DNA of 64,000 nt from the human T2T-CHM13v2.0 reference genome, Homo sapiens. The notes under the pieces were generated by a model. It saw only the letters and a program-made list of their open reading frames with translations. It searched no databases and was not told where the DNA came from. This document shows, piece after piece, positions 1-14,422 of this stretch (position 1 is its first letter; every line of letters begins with the position of its first letter). The translations under genes were made by a program, and so were the position numbers. The DNA is taken from assembly GCF_009914755.1 (NCBI RefSeq), contig NC_060927.1. One strand, given 5' to 3'.

Positions 1-220
1 CATTGTGTCATCCTCCTGTATTCTGGATGACTCTTAACTGACAACCAAATTAAGTGAATAAAACCTGAGGATCTGACGGAATCTGCAGTAGAGAAGGAAA
101 GGAAGGAGACATCATTTACACTGATGTTCGTCAGGGCACAGTGTGAGATCTTCCTGAGCTGATACCGAGTTGATACTGAATATTCATTCATTCAGTATTT
201 ATTGAACTCTGTTTGCTAGA

Positions 221-434
221 AGAGGAGTCAGCAGACTGTGGACCAAATATGCCTACTTTCTATTTTTGTAAATAAAGTTTTATTGGAACATGGCCATGCC
301 CACTCATTACATATGTCTATGGCAGCTTTTGTCCTACAATAGTAAAATTGAGTAGTTGCAACAGATACTACATAGCCTGCAAAGATGAAAATAGTTACTA
401 TCTGGCCCTTTATCAGAAACATTTGTTGACTCTG
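221..434 (+). mobile_element. MER58A (hAT-Charlie), inserted in an L2 fragment
   Basis: Typical MER58A core TTTTTGTAAATAAAGTTTTATTGGAACA...TATCTGGCCCTTTA; TGCTAGA flanks both sides (TSD). Confidence 0.85.
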
Positions 435-639
435 TGCTAGATCATGATCAAAACAGACACAACCTCTACCCTTAAGAAGTTATAATCTCATGAGAGAGAC
501 AGACATTAATTCAATATTCAACATATTGTTAAAAGCTATAATACATGCTCATTACTTGCCACTGGTTTTTGAAATTTAATCATCTGGGCCTTATTCTTTT
601 ACATTAAAAAGTTCTTGCCTGGGATAACAAAAACTTCAT

Positions 640-760
640 TCATTTATTTATACTCATTCATTCATTCAATTCAGCAAGTAAACACTGAGTATCTACCATA
701 TGTTGGACATTATTATATTAGGATCTGAGAATATACAAGTGCACAAAAGTTGATAGTCTC
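640..760 (-). mobile_element. L2 3' end fragment
   Basis: (TTCA)n tail followed by CTGAGTATCTACCATATG, the reverse orientation of the L2 3' terminus. Confidence 0.6.
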
Positions 761-1083
761 TCATTTGTTGACCCTTCGGCCTTATTTTCCAACTGCTTTA
801 GAACCGAAGAAATGAAGAAGTCTATGTATTGGGCCTCCTCAGCCTCCCAATAGAGTTTATTGTAAAGTCTGCCTCTTTTTTACTCTTGTAGTCTCTGAAA
901 TGGTCTAGTGTTCTTATAGTGTATTCCTTTTTTAAAATGGAAACGAGTTTGAGCGGGTTTCTGTCACCCAGAACTCCCCCAAACTTGGAATTTTGAGATG
1001 AAATCAGCTAAGTGAGCATCGGCTTTCCAGACTTCAAGATGAAAGGAAGCGATGACAAAGGGGTTGGGAAAGAGAAAGAGAAC

Positions 1084-1368
1084 AAAGATTGGTGAACTAT
1101 GCTGTCCATTTTAGCATGGCTCATGAGCTAAGAATGATTTTACTTTTTTTAATGGATGGAAAAAAACAAAAGAATAAGAGTAATTAGTGACATGTGAAAA
1201 TTATATGAAATTCAAATTCCAGTGTCCATAAATAAGATGTTATTAGAACATAGCTGCACCCATCATTTATGTATTGTTTATGGTCACTTTCATGCTACAA
1301 TGACAGAGCTAAATAGTTGTGACAGAAACCATATGTCCTGAAAAGCCAAAAAGATTTACTCTCTGGCC
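1084..1368 (+). mobile_element. MER58B, truncated; inverted duplicate of the copy at 2546-2861
   Basis: GAGCTAAGAATGATTTTAC...TTATATGAAATTCAAATT...GACAGAAACC; lacks one terminus; ~95% identical to the reverse complement of 2574-2873. Confidence 0.85.
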
Positions 1369-1389
1369 AACTACATCTGTACTGGTTCT

Positions 1390-1675
1390 TTTTTTTTTTT
1401 TTTTTTTTTTTTTTGAGATGGAGTTTTGCTCTTTCTCTGTAATTGTGGTTCACTGCAACCTCCACCCACCCAGGTTCAAGCTAATTCTCCTGCCTCAGTC
1501 TCCTGAGTAGCGGGGATTATAGGCGCCTGCCACCACGCCTAATTTTTGTATTTTTAGTAGAGACGCGGTTTTGGCTTGTTGGCTAGGCTGGTCTTGAACT
1601 CCTGACCTAAGGTGATCCACCCACCTTGGCCTCCCAAAGTGCTAGGATCACAGGCGTGAGCCATGGCACCTGGCC
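1390..1675 (-). mobile_element. AluS (Sq/Sx-like) with a small internal deletion
   Basis: Poly-T plus Alu dimer; 17-bp TSD ACATCTGTACTGGTTCT / ACATCTGTACCAGTTCT. Confidence 0.95.
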
Positions 1676-2545
1676 AACATCTGTACCAGTTCTGATCTTG
1701 GCTTCCTCATCTTCCTTACCTATGTGTTCTTTTTGATCTCATCTTTGAGGACCTTAATGAACGCTACTCCCCCAGTGGATTCTGGCTGTAGCTGTGTCTC
1801 AATTCCTCACTTCCAGTTGTCTGTTGTTCATGTATACTTGACTGTCCCATTGGCTCCTCAAACCCGACAGATCCCCAGTAGAACACATCAACTTCTTCCA
1901 CTCCTGCGTACATACTTCTCATCTTGGCTACACCCTTGGGGATAAATATGGATAATAGAAACAGCTGAAACCACAAGTACATGTCACACTCAGGTGGGGA
2001 AAGCGCTGCAGGGGTTAGGTGGAGGCCACATTGTTAGAAGCATCCAGGTGAATTCTGTTTCCCTGTCCTTAGTCTTGCCAAGTTTATAATAATGAGGACG
2101 TGTATTTCCTATCCTTCCTAACTCTAACCTCTTTCTCCTGAACTTTGACTTGGTTCTCTGATTCTCAGACTGAAGTTTCTGAACTTGATTTTGTATTTTC
2201 TCATTCTGTCATTCTTGACCTTGACCTTTGTACATGTCCATAGCCTAAGTCCACCACATAGTGAATATTTATTAAAAAGTTATTGAATATTCAGTGCTTC
2301 ATATATATTTAGTATAGTCCTTAAAGCAATCTTGTGACGAATGCAGGATTATTGTAAGTATTATTATAATCCATTTTCCAGGTGAGAAGTCTAAGTTTGG
2401 AGTTAGGATTCCAACCTGGTTTGTTTGGCTCCAAAGTACTACCCCAGCTTCTTCTTTCTTAAAATGCAAAATGATTTCTGTTCCCTTCTTTCCTAATTGT
2501 TTACTTTGAGGGTCCTGCTCTTGTAACTTACTTTAACACCTATAC

Positions 2546-3190
<645 letters not shown>

Positions 3191-3249
3191 ACCAACCCTT
3201 GTTCTATACCACACTACTTAACTTTGGGTTTATAATTATTCTGAAAGAC

Positions 3250-3510
3250 TCAACCATTTGCTGCCATTTAGGGCAAGCTTACTATACGTCAATGTTCTAA
3301 GCATTATTACATATATGTTACCTATTATTACATACATAGGAGAAAGGTACTGGTATCATCTCCATCTTACAGATGAAGAAAATGAGCCACAGAGAGATGA
3401 ATTCCTTGTCCCAAGGTTGTACTAAACTAGGAAATGGTAGAGTTCAGATTAGAACCCAGGGGATCTCACTCCAGGTCTGGCATCTTAAGTACAAAGTTAC
3501 ACTGCCTCTC
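3250..3510 (-). mobile_element. MIR
   Basis: MIR core CCATCTTACAGATGAAGAAAATGAG...CCCAAGGT. Confidence 0.75.
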
Positions 3511-5465
3511 TGGTTCCTATGAGATAACGTACGTTAAAGAATTTTGAAAACTATGAGGGGTTATATAAATATAAGTGAATAACTATCATAATTATTCATG
3601 TTACATCTTTATCTGGGTTTCGAAAGTGATCGGATTGCAATCAAATTAATGTTAATCAAAATAAAAACACTCAGGCATGCTGTGGGTTGGTATTTATTTT
3701 TCTGTCCATCTTAGCATTAAACGTTTTTGAGCATTGGATTTCTATCTCAAATAAGCAATGGAGGAGACTTATGCTTTTAATGTAGTTTGCTATTTGCTCC
3801 CATCTTCCCTGAATTTGGCATTATGCCCCAGTCCTGATTAAAACCAAAATGAAGCTGCAGATAGGAAAGAAGTTGCATATCAATAAGGCTTGTGATTAAG
3901 TTTTTGTCAATTTTTTTTTCACTCTTTCATTTCTTTCAGGTTCTTAAATTAGATAGCAGGAGAGACATGACTTAATTATTGAGACTACTTTGGAGCCAAA
4001 CGGAAAATTATACTACCACTTACTCAGATGCCAGGGTAATTAGAGCCCAATTATTTCTCTCATTTGGCACTAATGAATGAAGATCAATTAAAAAAATAAT
4101 GTAACTGTGAATTGCTTTTATTGAGCAGAGAAACTGTAAGCAGCTGAAATCGTCTACTCTTTCACTAATTGAAAATACGAAGTGAAGGCAACCCAGAATG
4201 TGATTGTCTCCATGTAATTTTAGAGCAGTTCGATTTTCAAAAATCACACAGATGGCCGAAGCTTTGTATTATAATTATTTCCTGGCTACAGCACACTGCT
4301 CTCTCTTCTATAAGGGGAGTCAAAACATGGCTCAAGAAATTCCTATTTCCCTAGCGATAACATCAGTTTTTCTGGCAGGACTTTATTGTTGCTTCTGGGC
4401 TGGTCGTGCTTGGACTAAGATGGAATGTCTGATTTGCTTGGCTATTTCACTTTTCTCCTGATTGGTATATCCATTTCATCAAATGTATCCTGAAAACAAC
4501 ATTTATTTCACTGTAAAAATCTGATTGAAAGAGGTGTCTTCTTGATTAAAAATTTAGATTGAGATTATGTGGACATGGACCTACTTGCTCAAGGATACCT
4601 CGGAGTTCAGAGTTCACCTTTTAAATATCTGGTTAAATAGCAACCACTTAAAAAATGAGCCTACACTATTTTATTTTGTTTTATTTTGTTTTATTTTATC
4701 TAGCATATATTTTTTGAGGGAGGTGGTGTAAAAATTGTAATTCTTTACATTTGTTTGTACTCTGAATAAACATTCCCATGTAGTAAGTAGAGGGTAGGCT
4801 GGGAGCCTCCATTCTAGGGATAAAGTGAGCCATTTGTAACAATGGAATTCTGCTTATAGAAATGCAGCTAGTCAACCCTCTCACCCCACCCCAACACAGA
4901 CACTCTCACGCCCTCTCTAATAAACTTTGCAATTCATGAATCATGTTTACCTCTATTATTTCAATACATCCTCAAATGACTTCAGGGAATAAGTTAGGTT
5001 TTATCTTCTATTTACAAATGAAAAAAATGAGGCTCCAGAACTTAAAGGGCACCAAAGCACCTTAGCCAGAGCTATTGAGTCTCACTTTGTGGTCTTTGTA
5101 AATGGTGCTACCCAGAGTTGAGCAGTGTGCAACCTGCACACTGAGACAGTACCCCCGTTTTGACAACTTCAGCTTAAAAGAAAATAAGAAAGGAAAAGCA
5201 AGAGAAAACTCTGAAATGCATGAGTCATAATAAAGACAAATCTTAAGAGATTTGTTCTCTTAGCATTTCCCCAAATAAAAAAGAAGTGGGTGTGACCAAG
5301 GTCTGAATCAGCTTTGGTCATTGGGGCTTAGCTAAGTGGCCAAGCAAGTGAGAACTCAGAAGAACACATTCTTCTGGCCTGGTGCACACGCCCCCGTATG
5401 TGGATTGTGCCATTACACTAATGCAGGAGGCCTGGGGATGGGGATTCTGAACTCAACGACTAGGT

Positions 5466-5666
5466 CAAGCTTGTCCAACCCACGGTCCAAGACGGCTTTA
5501 ATACAACCCAACACAACTTTGTAAACTTTCTTAAGACATTATGAGATTTTTTTTTCTGATTTATTTACTTTTTAGCTCATCATTACTGTTCATGTATTTT
5601 ATGTTTGGCTCAAGATAATTCTTCTTCCAGTGTAGCTCAGGGAGGCCAAAAGATTGGACATCTCTG
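5466..5666. mobile_element. MER30 (hAT-Charlie)
   Basis: CAAGCTTGTCCAACCC...GCCAAAAGATTGGACA termini; TSD-like GACTAGGT/CACCAGGT. Confidence 0.9.
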
Positions 5667-6109
5667 CACCAGGTTTTGGCTTTTGCCTCTATGGTCCCAC
5701 CAGCTGCAATGGACTTCTCAATTAAGCTCTTTTCATCATTGTCAGGGCCTATTGCAAAGTGAGAAACATGTGGAAGTAGGGCTTTTTAGCCTAGGACTTC
5801 CAGCAGCCAGGTGCCTCCAGTTATTACTGAAATTATTACTGCCAAATGAGGTCATCTATATAATCCTAGAGGTGCAGTGGTGGGATTAGAAGAAAGTCAC
5901 ATTTTTCTTGTGTCATAACTGCATCTCCCTACCTACAGTTTACCTTCTTTTGGTATGTCTTCATTAAAAACCCAGTGAAACATATCAAAAGCTTAAAAAA
6001 AAAAAAAAGGGAATAGCCTGTTTGTTGTTGTTGTTTATTGCTTGTTACGATTCTGGGAAACTTGCTCAGCATGTTGAGGATAAAGAGGAGATGAGGAAGA
6101 GGAACGGTG

Positions 6110-6330
6110 CAACTGTGAGGTCAGAAGGCTTGGGTTCAATTCTGAGTTGTCTGCATCCTAGGCCTTGAACAAGGCACCTCTCTTCATATCCTAGTTTCCT
6201 TGTCACCAAAATGGGGACAATTATCATTAACTTTCTTATAGTGTTGTTCTTGAAATTCATGAGACCTTGCAGACAAAGGGCTAGGTGTAATACCTGCCCC
6301 AGAGTGATGCTTAGCATATCTGAGTGCTAA
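6110..6330 (+). mobile_element. MIR
   Basis: TGGGTTCAATTCT...CCTTGAACAAG...AGTTTCCTTGTCACCAAAATGGGGACAAT. Confidence 0.7.
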
Positions 6331-7007
6331 TTATTTCTCTCTTTAAGATGAATGCCCCTATCTATGGGGAAACTGCAGGTGAGTGATGTTTTCCCAAAGG
6401 TATGGGGAGAAGGTAAAAATGGGAGCTCTGAGGCTGCTATGGCTGAAGCTGGCACTTGGTTGTTAATTAGTTAATTCAACAAATGTTTATTGCGTCCTGA
6501 TATGAGAAGGCCCCTGCAAGGCAAGGGAGACACAGTGGTGAATGAAATAATTGTTGGGCCTTCAGAGAGCTTGCATTCTAGTGAGGGAAACAGAGAAATA
6601 GATCTTAAAAATACATACTAGAATATGTGCCATGAAGAATAATAAATCAAGGTAAGAGTCGGTGTGGAGCATTTGTATGTAGCAGGTGGCGATTCTGGGG
6701 GCTGTGTTATAGGGTGGATAGGGACCTCCTCTCTGATGGAGTAACAACTGAGCAGAGCTCTGAAGAAAGAGAGGTAGTCAGCCACAGGAGTAAGCGGGAA
6801 GTTGATTTCTAGAAAGAAGAAAAACTAAGTGCAAAGTCTCTGAGGCAGGAATGAAGTTCCAGAGGCAGAATAAGAACTCTGCATGTCTAGTGCAGAGGAT
6901 GGATGTTGGCTGTATGTCCTGGTAGGTGATGAGGTTAGGAAGAGAAGCAGGCAAGCCATATATGTTTATGTGTAGACCAACTTAAGGACTTTGGATTTCA
7001 TTCTGGC

Positions 7008-7600
7008 TGTATTAGGGTTCTCCAGAGGGAAAGAACTAATAGGATATATGTATATATAAAAGGGAGTTTATTAAGGAGAATGAACTCTCCTGATCACAAG
7101 GCAAAGTCCCACGATAGGCTGTGTGGAAGCTGAAGAAGGAAGAAGCCAGCAGTGGCTCAGTTTGAGTCCAAATGTAGGCAAGCCAACAGTACAGCTTTCA
7201 GTCTGTGTCCAAATGTAGGCAAGCCAACAGTACAGCTTTCAGTCTGTGTCTGAAGGCCTGAGGACCCCTGGAAAACCACTGGTATAAGTCCAAGAGTCCA
7301 AAGGCTGAAGAACCTACAGTCTGATGTCCAAGGACAAGAAGCGTTCAGCACACGAGAAAGATGAAAGCCAGATGACTCAGCAAGCCAGCTTATCCCACCT
7401 TCTTCCGCCTGCTTTGTTCTTGCTGTGCTGGCAGCTGATTGGACGGTGCCCACCACCACTGAGGGTGGGTCTTCCTCTCCCAATCCACTGACTCAAATGT
7501 TAATCTCCTCTGGCAACATCCTCACAGACACACCCAGAAACAATACTTTACCAGCCATCCTTCGATCCAATCAACTTGACACCTAATATTAACCATCACA
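7008..7600 (-). mobile_element. MLT2 (MLT2A2/B-like) ERVL solo LTR
   Basis: TGTATTAGGGTTCTCCAGAGG...TATTAACCATCACA termini; 5-bp TSD CTGGC/CTGGG. Confidence 0.9.
7166..7250. repeat. Perfect 41-bp tandem duplication inside MLT2
   Basis: GTCCAAATGTAGGCAAGCCAACAGTACAGCTTTCAGTCTGT x2, plus GTC. Confidence 0.97.
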
Positions 7601-8225
7601 CTGGGTGTGTGATGGAAAGCAAATCAAGGGTTAGAGGAAAGAAATAATCTGATTTGCATTTCTAAAAGATCACTTTGCCTCCTGGGTGGAGGATTTTTTT
7701 CCAAGAGACAAGAGAGGAGGCCTGAGGATACTTAAGAGGCTAAGGCAGCTGTCTGTAAGAAATGATGGTGCTTTGGATGAGATTAGCAGTAATGAAGGAT
7801 ATGAGGGATGGTCTGATTTGGGATCAACTTTGAAGGGATCAACTGTGAAAGAATGTGCTGTTGGGTTGGATGTGAATGTCAGGGAAAGGGAAGAGCCAAA
7901 GATGCACGACTTCCAAGATTTTTGGCCTGAACAAATAGGTCAATAATGGTATTCTTTACTAAGGTGGGGGAGACTGGCAGCAACTGAGTGCAGATAATAA
8001 CATCAAAAATTCTATTTGAGATGCCTATTAAGCAGGCACCTGGATATAGAAGTTTGAAGTTTAAAGGAGTCTTTCGACCTGGGTGTATTGAACTTGGGAG
8101 TCATTAGCATAGAGGTGGTATTCCAGATTTCATAATATACCTTAATATTGATCAACTCAAGCATTAAGTTTCACATGAGTCCCTTCCTCATATAGTCAAT
8201 CATTGAATATTAAACTTTGCTGTGA

Positions 8226-8496
<271 letters not shown>

Positions 8497-9639
8497 TAAA
8501 AATATAATTGCCCAAAGCTGTATTTATCAGAAAAGTCAAGCTGCTTTTCATGGCTTTTATCTGTTAGTTTTTGTTTTGCATAATAAAGGTACACATAGGC
8601 GTACTTTTCCACGCCCTTCCTTGGGAGCCCTTCCAACATTTGAGCACTCATAATAATCATGGCTGTCAACCTCTGAACACACTTCATACTCCAGCCCTTA
8701 ATCCCCAAAACAATAGGAGGATTCAGGGGTGCAGACAGCTGCAAGGGATCTAGTTACCAACACCAGGAAGCAGAAAGCAATGATGATGGTGTGGTCTTTA
8801 CGTTGCTAATTGGAGAGTGTGCTGTCTGTATCTAAGGTGTTTCAGGAAGTCTGCTGAACCCAATGAATGTGTTCCCCTTTTATGAGAAATGTGCACTCTA
8901 GTGCTAAGTGCTTGGAAGTACTGCGGAGGACACTGCAGGAAAGGGTGGAGGTAGACATGAAGAACAATTTCAATCTTTCAGTTGTAATTGTGACTTAGGC
9001 TTAAAGCTGTGGCTTGGGAAGGCTCAGGACTCTGTTGCTTATAAAGGGCAAAACCCATACAAAACTGGCTTAAGCAAAAAGGGGAATTTACTGGATCATG
9101 TAGCAGAAAAGTTAAGCAATTAATTTCAAACAAGAATGGATCCAAGTGCTAAAATAAAGTTGTCATGAATATGTCTCTATTTTTTGAGACATGGATTGAG
9201 AAGCGGGCGAGGGTTATTCTGCAAATGCAAATTAAGTTTCTGTTACCAGAAATAAGGGGAAGGGATGATGGAGAGGCAAAAACAACAAATGTCCACTGTA
9301 GCAGGATAAGAAAGAAAGGAAAATGGGGACTTGATTTACACATGATTTGAAAGGTGAGATTTGTGTTTTTCAATGATATTTTAAAAACAAACAAATAAAC
9401 AAAACAGGGCAATGGGCTCTCAGCAGAAAGGGTAAATGTGACCATGACTCGGACTTAGAAAGTTCTCTTTGTGACTTGGGGAGGAGAGGTCAGTATGGCA
9501 AAGGGTATGGCCTGACCTCTAGGGCTTTCTGGTCCTGTTTTATCATGCACAGCAGATTAAAAAGTTGGAAGAGGACTTGGGTTTCAGCATATATCTGATA
9601 AATGTTTAAGCCTCTAATCCTGTCATTTTTGCAAAGATG

Positions 9640-9890
9640 GTATTGACAGCTTGGTGCAGTAGAAAGGGAATGCGTCTCATAGCTCAATACGGTTTCAAGC
9701 CACAGTTCAGACTGTTAGTCATGTGACTTAGGAAATCTACTTTACCTGTCTAAGCCTCAGGCTTCTCATCTGCAAAATGGAGGAGCTAATGGAGTCTACT
9801 TCTGAGGGCTATGATAAGAGAAAACAAAAACCTTCATGAACTGTGCCTAGCACAGTACCTGGCATGTAGTAATCACTCAATAAAGGTAAT
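9640..9890 (+). mobile_element. MIR
   Basis: TGTGACTTAGGAAAT...CTAAGCCTCAGGCTTCTCATCTGCAAAATGG...CACAGTACCTGGCATGTAGTAATCACTCAATAAA. Confidence 0.8.
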
Positions 9891-10059
9891 GAAGCTACCT
9901 CTTCCTTCTCATCCTTATGATTACTGCTCTTATTTTGGCTAAACTGAATTCATAGTGCATGATACAATGCACACAAGCCTGACTCAAGGCATTTTATTAT
10001 CTGCTTAGGCTCAAAATAATTATGTTTGTCGAGACATAACCCTTTATAAACCCAAAGTC

Positions 10060-10265
10060 AATGGCTTAGCTTTGGGTGCCCAAAGACTTGGCTGTTTTAC
10101 TTTGAACCAGGTAGTTGCATTAGTTAACCTGAGCCTCACTTGCCCCATCTAATAATCTTCATAAGGTTGTGAGGCTAGCATGAATAATTCATGTATTGGG
10201 TTAACATAGTACCTGGACCTTATACAATTTCAATACAAAATAATAACAGTAATCATATTTATTAT
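10060..10265 (+). mobile_element. MIR
   Basis: TTAACCTGAGCCTCAC...ACATAGTACCTGG. Confidence 0.6.
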
Positions 10266-13116
10266 TATTATTCTCTAGCAATTTCTGCAAGGCCAACCTT
10301 GGGTCTTGTGTAAAGAAGGGTTCTGATGGAAAGGCAGAGTTGTCTCTTGAGGACAAAGCAGTTGTCACATGATAAGCCTTCTCCACCGTATGGGTCACCT
10401 TTCTCATCTTTGTTAGTTGGTTGGAATCTGACATCAGAATCCAGTTGCCTGTTGGGTTCCTTTTGAGGTGGGGACATTGACTCCATTCCACCAATGATTT
10501 ATTTGAAAATGCCTGGAAGTGGAGGGACACAAAATGTTCTGAAAAGTCAACGTGTGCATCTTGTCCCAGAGTGATTCCGTGACTGTTCGCTTGGTGTTTA
10601 CATGGCTTAAACTGTCTAATTTATAGACTCTGAAAGCACCGGTGAAAGAAACAAACTAGCTTTTGGATCACTTAATATAGTTTATAGTGCAACTGTAAAT
10701 TTGGAACCATTTATGGAACATTACGACTTGCAAACATCTCCCCCAGTTTTATTACTCAGGGAAAAAAAATGTGTGGTGCTTACAAATCCTCTAAAAACTG
10801 TAAAAGCATTAAAAAAAAAAAAATCCAAACAGCATTCATGGACTACATAGTGCAGGATGCAAGCTTTTATCTTGAGCAGTATATTGAAGGCCTAATTTTC
10901 TACTAAAATGTCAGCTTGTTTCAAAACACAGGAGATGACTGGCTTGGAATCCTTGCTGAAAAGAACTCGTCTTTGCTCTTTCTTCTTCCAAAAAAAGAAA
11001 AAAAAAAAAAAAAAGAAATGCACTATGCTTAAGGAGGAATTTAGCAATTAGATGATTGCTATAAAATAGCAGTTGACATCTGCCCTATATATATTTTTTC
11101 TTAGCATCAAAGATGTTTAATTTGAATAAAAGCTTTCTCCTCCACAATCTGACATTTTCCCTGAGTTTTATCTTACTCTAGAGTCATTATCTTACAATTA
11201 GGTCTGAACTTAGGGGTAAAACAACAACAACAAAAACCAGGAACTCCAACACAGGGATCTTACTTGGGCTGCAGTTTTCTGATGTTATCTGAGTTGAGCT
11301 GCTTTTTATCATCCTGGCGTTTAAAGGGAAAAGTCTCTGTTCTGCCTCCTGTCCAACTACCCCCAGCCCAGACCTTATTCTTCTTTTCACTTGAACCTGT
11401 GGAGTACGCCCAGACCTCTGGATGTCAGAACAAGATACTGCTATCATACAAATGAATGTGGAGGTCATGCATTTATCTTTGTCTCTGTCTCCCCTGCAGC
11501 ATCCAGAGAAAGGCAAATTATGGATGAGGTGATTTAATCCAAGCAAAGTTTGAATGGAGATAAATGGGGTAGGGGGCAAATAGGAACAGAGCGAGGCTAG
11601 GGAGAGTCTTTGGGGAGAAGATTCTGTTCTTTTGAGTCCTATAACTGGCACCATGGAAGGGACCCTAGAGACAATCTAATGAGGCTCCATCATGGTGCAG
11701 AAGCAGTTCAGCATGGGATATTTGAAAGGGCAAATTCCTTCCATATTGTTCTTACACTAGAAGTTAAGGGCGCAGGGGGCATAGGTTAGGTGTGTGGGGT
11801 CTGGGGTCAGACCGTTTGCTTCGAGTCTTGTTTGTGTTGCTTTTTGGTTGTGTGTGGGCAAGAAATGTAACTTCTTTCAGCCGGAGTGCACCAGCTGCCA
11901 AATGGGGAAGAACAGTAGTTCCCACCTCACGTAGTATTGAGTGCATGACTTGGAGTAATGGGTGGGAGAGCACTTCCTGCCTTCCTTCCCTCATTCATCC
12001 CCTTACTTAACAAATAATTATTGAATATTTATGATGTGTCTAACCTCTTCTGGGCACCGGGGTTATAGTGATAAACAAGATAGTTGGGGTTCCTGATCTC
12101 ATGACTTTTGTTAAAATTTTAACTACCATTATTATAATAAATGAAGAAGACTGAAATTCCAAGAAGCTGAGTCATGCAGCTATGCAGCTATATTAATAAA
12201 AGGGCTCAAATAGAGCGGGGTCTTGAGTCTCCGGTCCCATGCTTACTCCTCCACCCCCCACCAACACGATGTTGTGCTCTACTTTATTACCCTCAATTTT
12301 CTTGGTAAAGAAAGGTGTTTTTTTTTTTTAAAACAAAAACAAAAACAAAACTTTATTTTTAAAGCAGTTTTAGATTTATAAAAAATTTTTGAAGCTAGCA
12401 CAGATAAATTCCATATACCTCACACTTGGTTTCCCCATTATTAAAATCTTATGTTAGTATTGGTACATTTGATTCAATTAATGAACCAATATTAATGCAT
12501 TATTATTTTACTAAAGTTTATACTTTACATACTTTATTCAGATTTCCTTAGTTTTTTTTTTTTTCCTCCAGTGTTCTTTTTCTGATCCAGGATCCTATCC
12601 AGCATGCGACATTGAACATCGTTTTCTATGCTCATTTGCCATGTGTGTCCTATTTGCCCTTACACCTTCTTTTGTGTGATGTCTGTTCAGACTCTTTGAG
12701 CTTTCTAAAATGGGTTTCTTGGTTCCTTACTGTTGAGTTTTAAAGTTTTTTATATATTTCAGATACAAGTCCTTTTATTTTAAATACAAGTCCTTTTAAA
12801 TGTGTTTTGCAAATATTTTCTCCCAGTCTCTTACTTGTCTTTTAATTTTTCTTAATAATGTTCCTCACAGAGCAGAAATGTTTAATTTTTATAAAATCTA
12901 ACATCAAATTTCATTCATGGATTATGCTTTTGGTGTTAGGCTCAAAAACTCATTGCCAAATCATGGTTACTAGATTTTTCCCTACATTTTATCTAGAAAC
13001 TATATATTTTTGCATTTTACATTTAGTCTAAAATCCAGTTTTTTATGAAAGGCATAACATCTCCCTCTAGATTCATTTTTTTTTTTCAATGTAGATGTTC
13101 AGATGTTACAGGACTA

Positions 13117-13458
<342 letters not shown>

Positions 13459-14062
13459 TCAAGGGTCTGTTGCCTACATTTGCATGAGTCTATTTCTGGG
13501 CTCTCTATTCTGTTCCATTGATCTATGTGTCTATAGTTTCCTCAATACCACGCTGTTTATAAATCTTAAAATTTGGTAGTATGAGTCTTACAACTTTTTC
13601 TTTTTTTTCTTTGTGTTTTTTTTTTTTTTCATTTTGTTTTTGTTCTTACTCCTTACTATTGTATTGGATAATCTAGGCCTTTTGCCTTAGTGTGTATGTG
13701 TGTGTGTGTATTACATGCATTCTAATATATACATATTAGAATGTGCATTTTATGTATGTATGAATCAGTTTGTCAGTATCACCAAAATAGCTTGCTGGGC
13801 TCTTGGTTGGGGTTTTGTTGAATTCTGAATTCTAGATCAAATTGGGATAAATAGAATTTTCCAATCCATGAATACAGAATATTTCTCTATTTATTTACAT
13901 GTTCTATTATTTTTTATATCAGAGTTTTGTTCTTTTTCACATATAGATCTTTTACATTTTAAAATATTTATATCTATGCTTTTTTTTGATACTACCGTAA
14001 ATGGCAATCAAAAAAATCAAATTTCAATGGTTCATTGCTGGTATATAGAAAAACAGTCGACT

Positions 14063-14422
<360 letters not shown>

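Larger units (their letters stand above)
6470..8125 (-). mobile_element. L2, split by the MLT2 LTR
   Basis: TTCAACAAATGTTTATTG 3' end; AAGGACTTTGGATTTCATTCTG resumes after 7600 as ATCTGATTTGCATTTCTAAAAGATCACT. Confidence 0.8.

Noticed and set aside
11187-11654. Longest ORF (155 aa, minus strand)
   Set aside because: No recognisable homology or exon structure; compatible with chance in 64 kb.
13718-13743. 11-bp inverted repeat CATTCTAATAT / ATATTAGAATG
   Set aside because: Short, AT-rich and inside low-complexity TA/TG sequence within L1.
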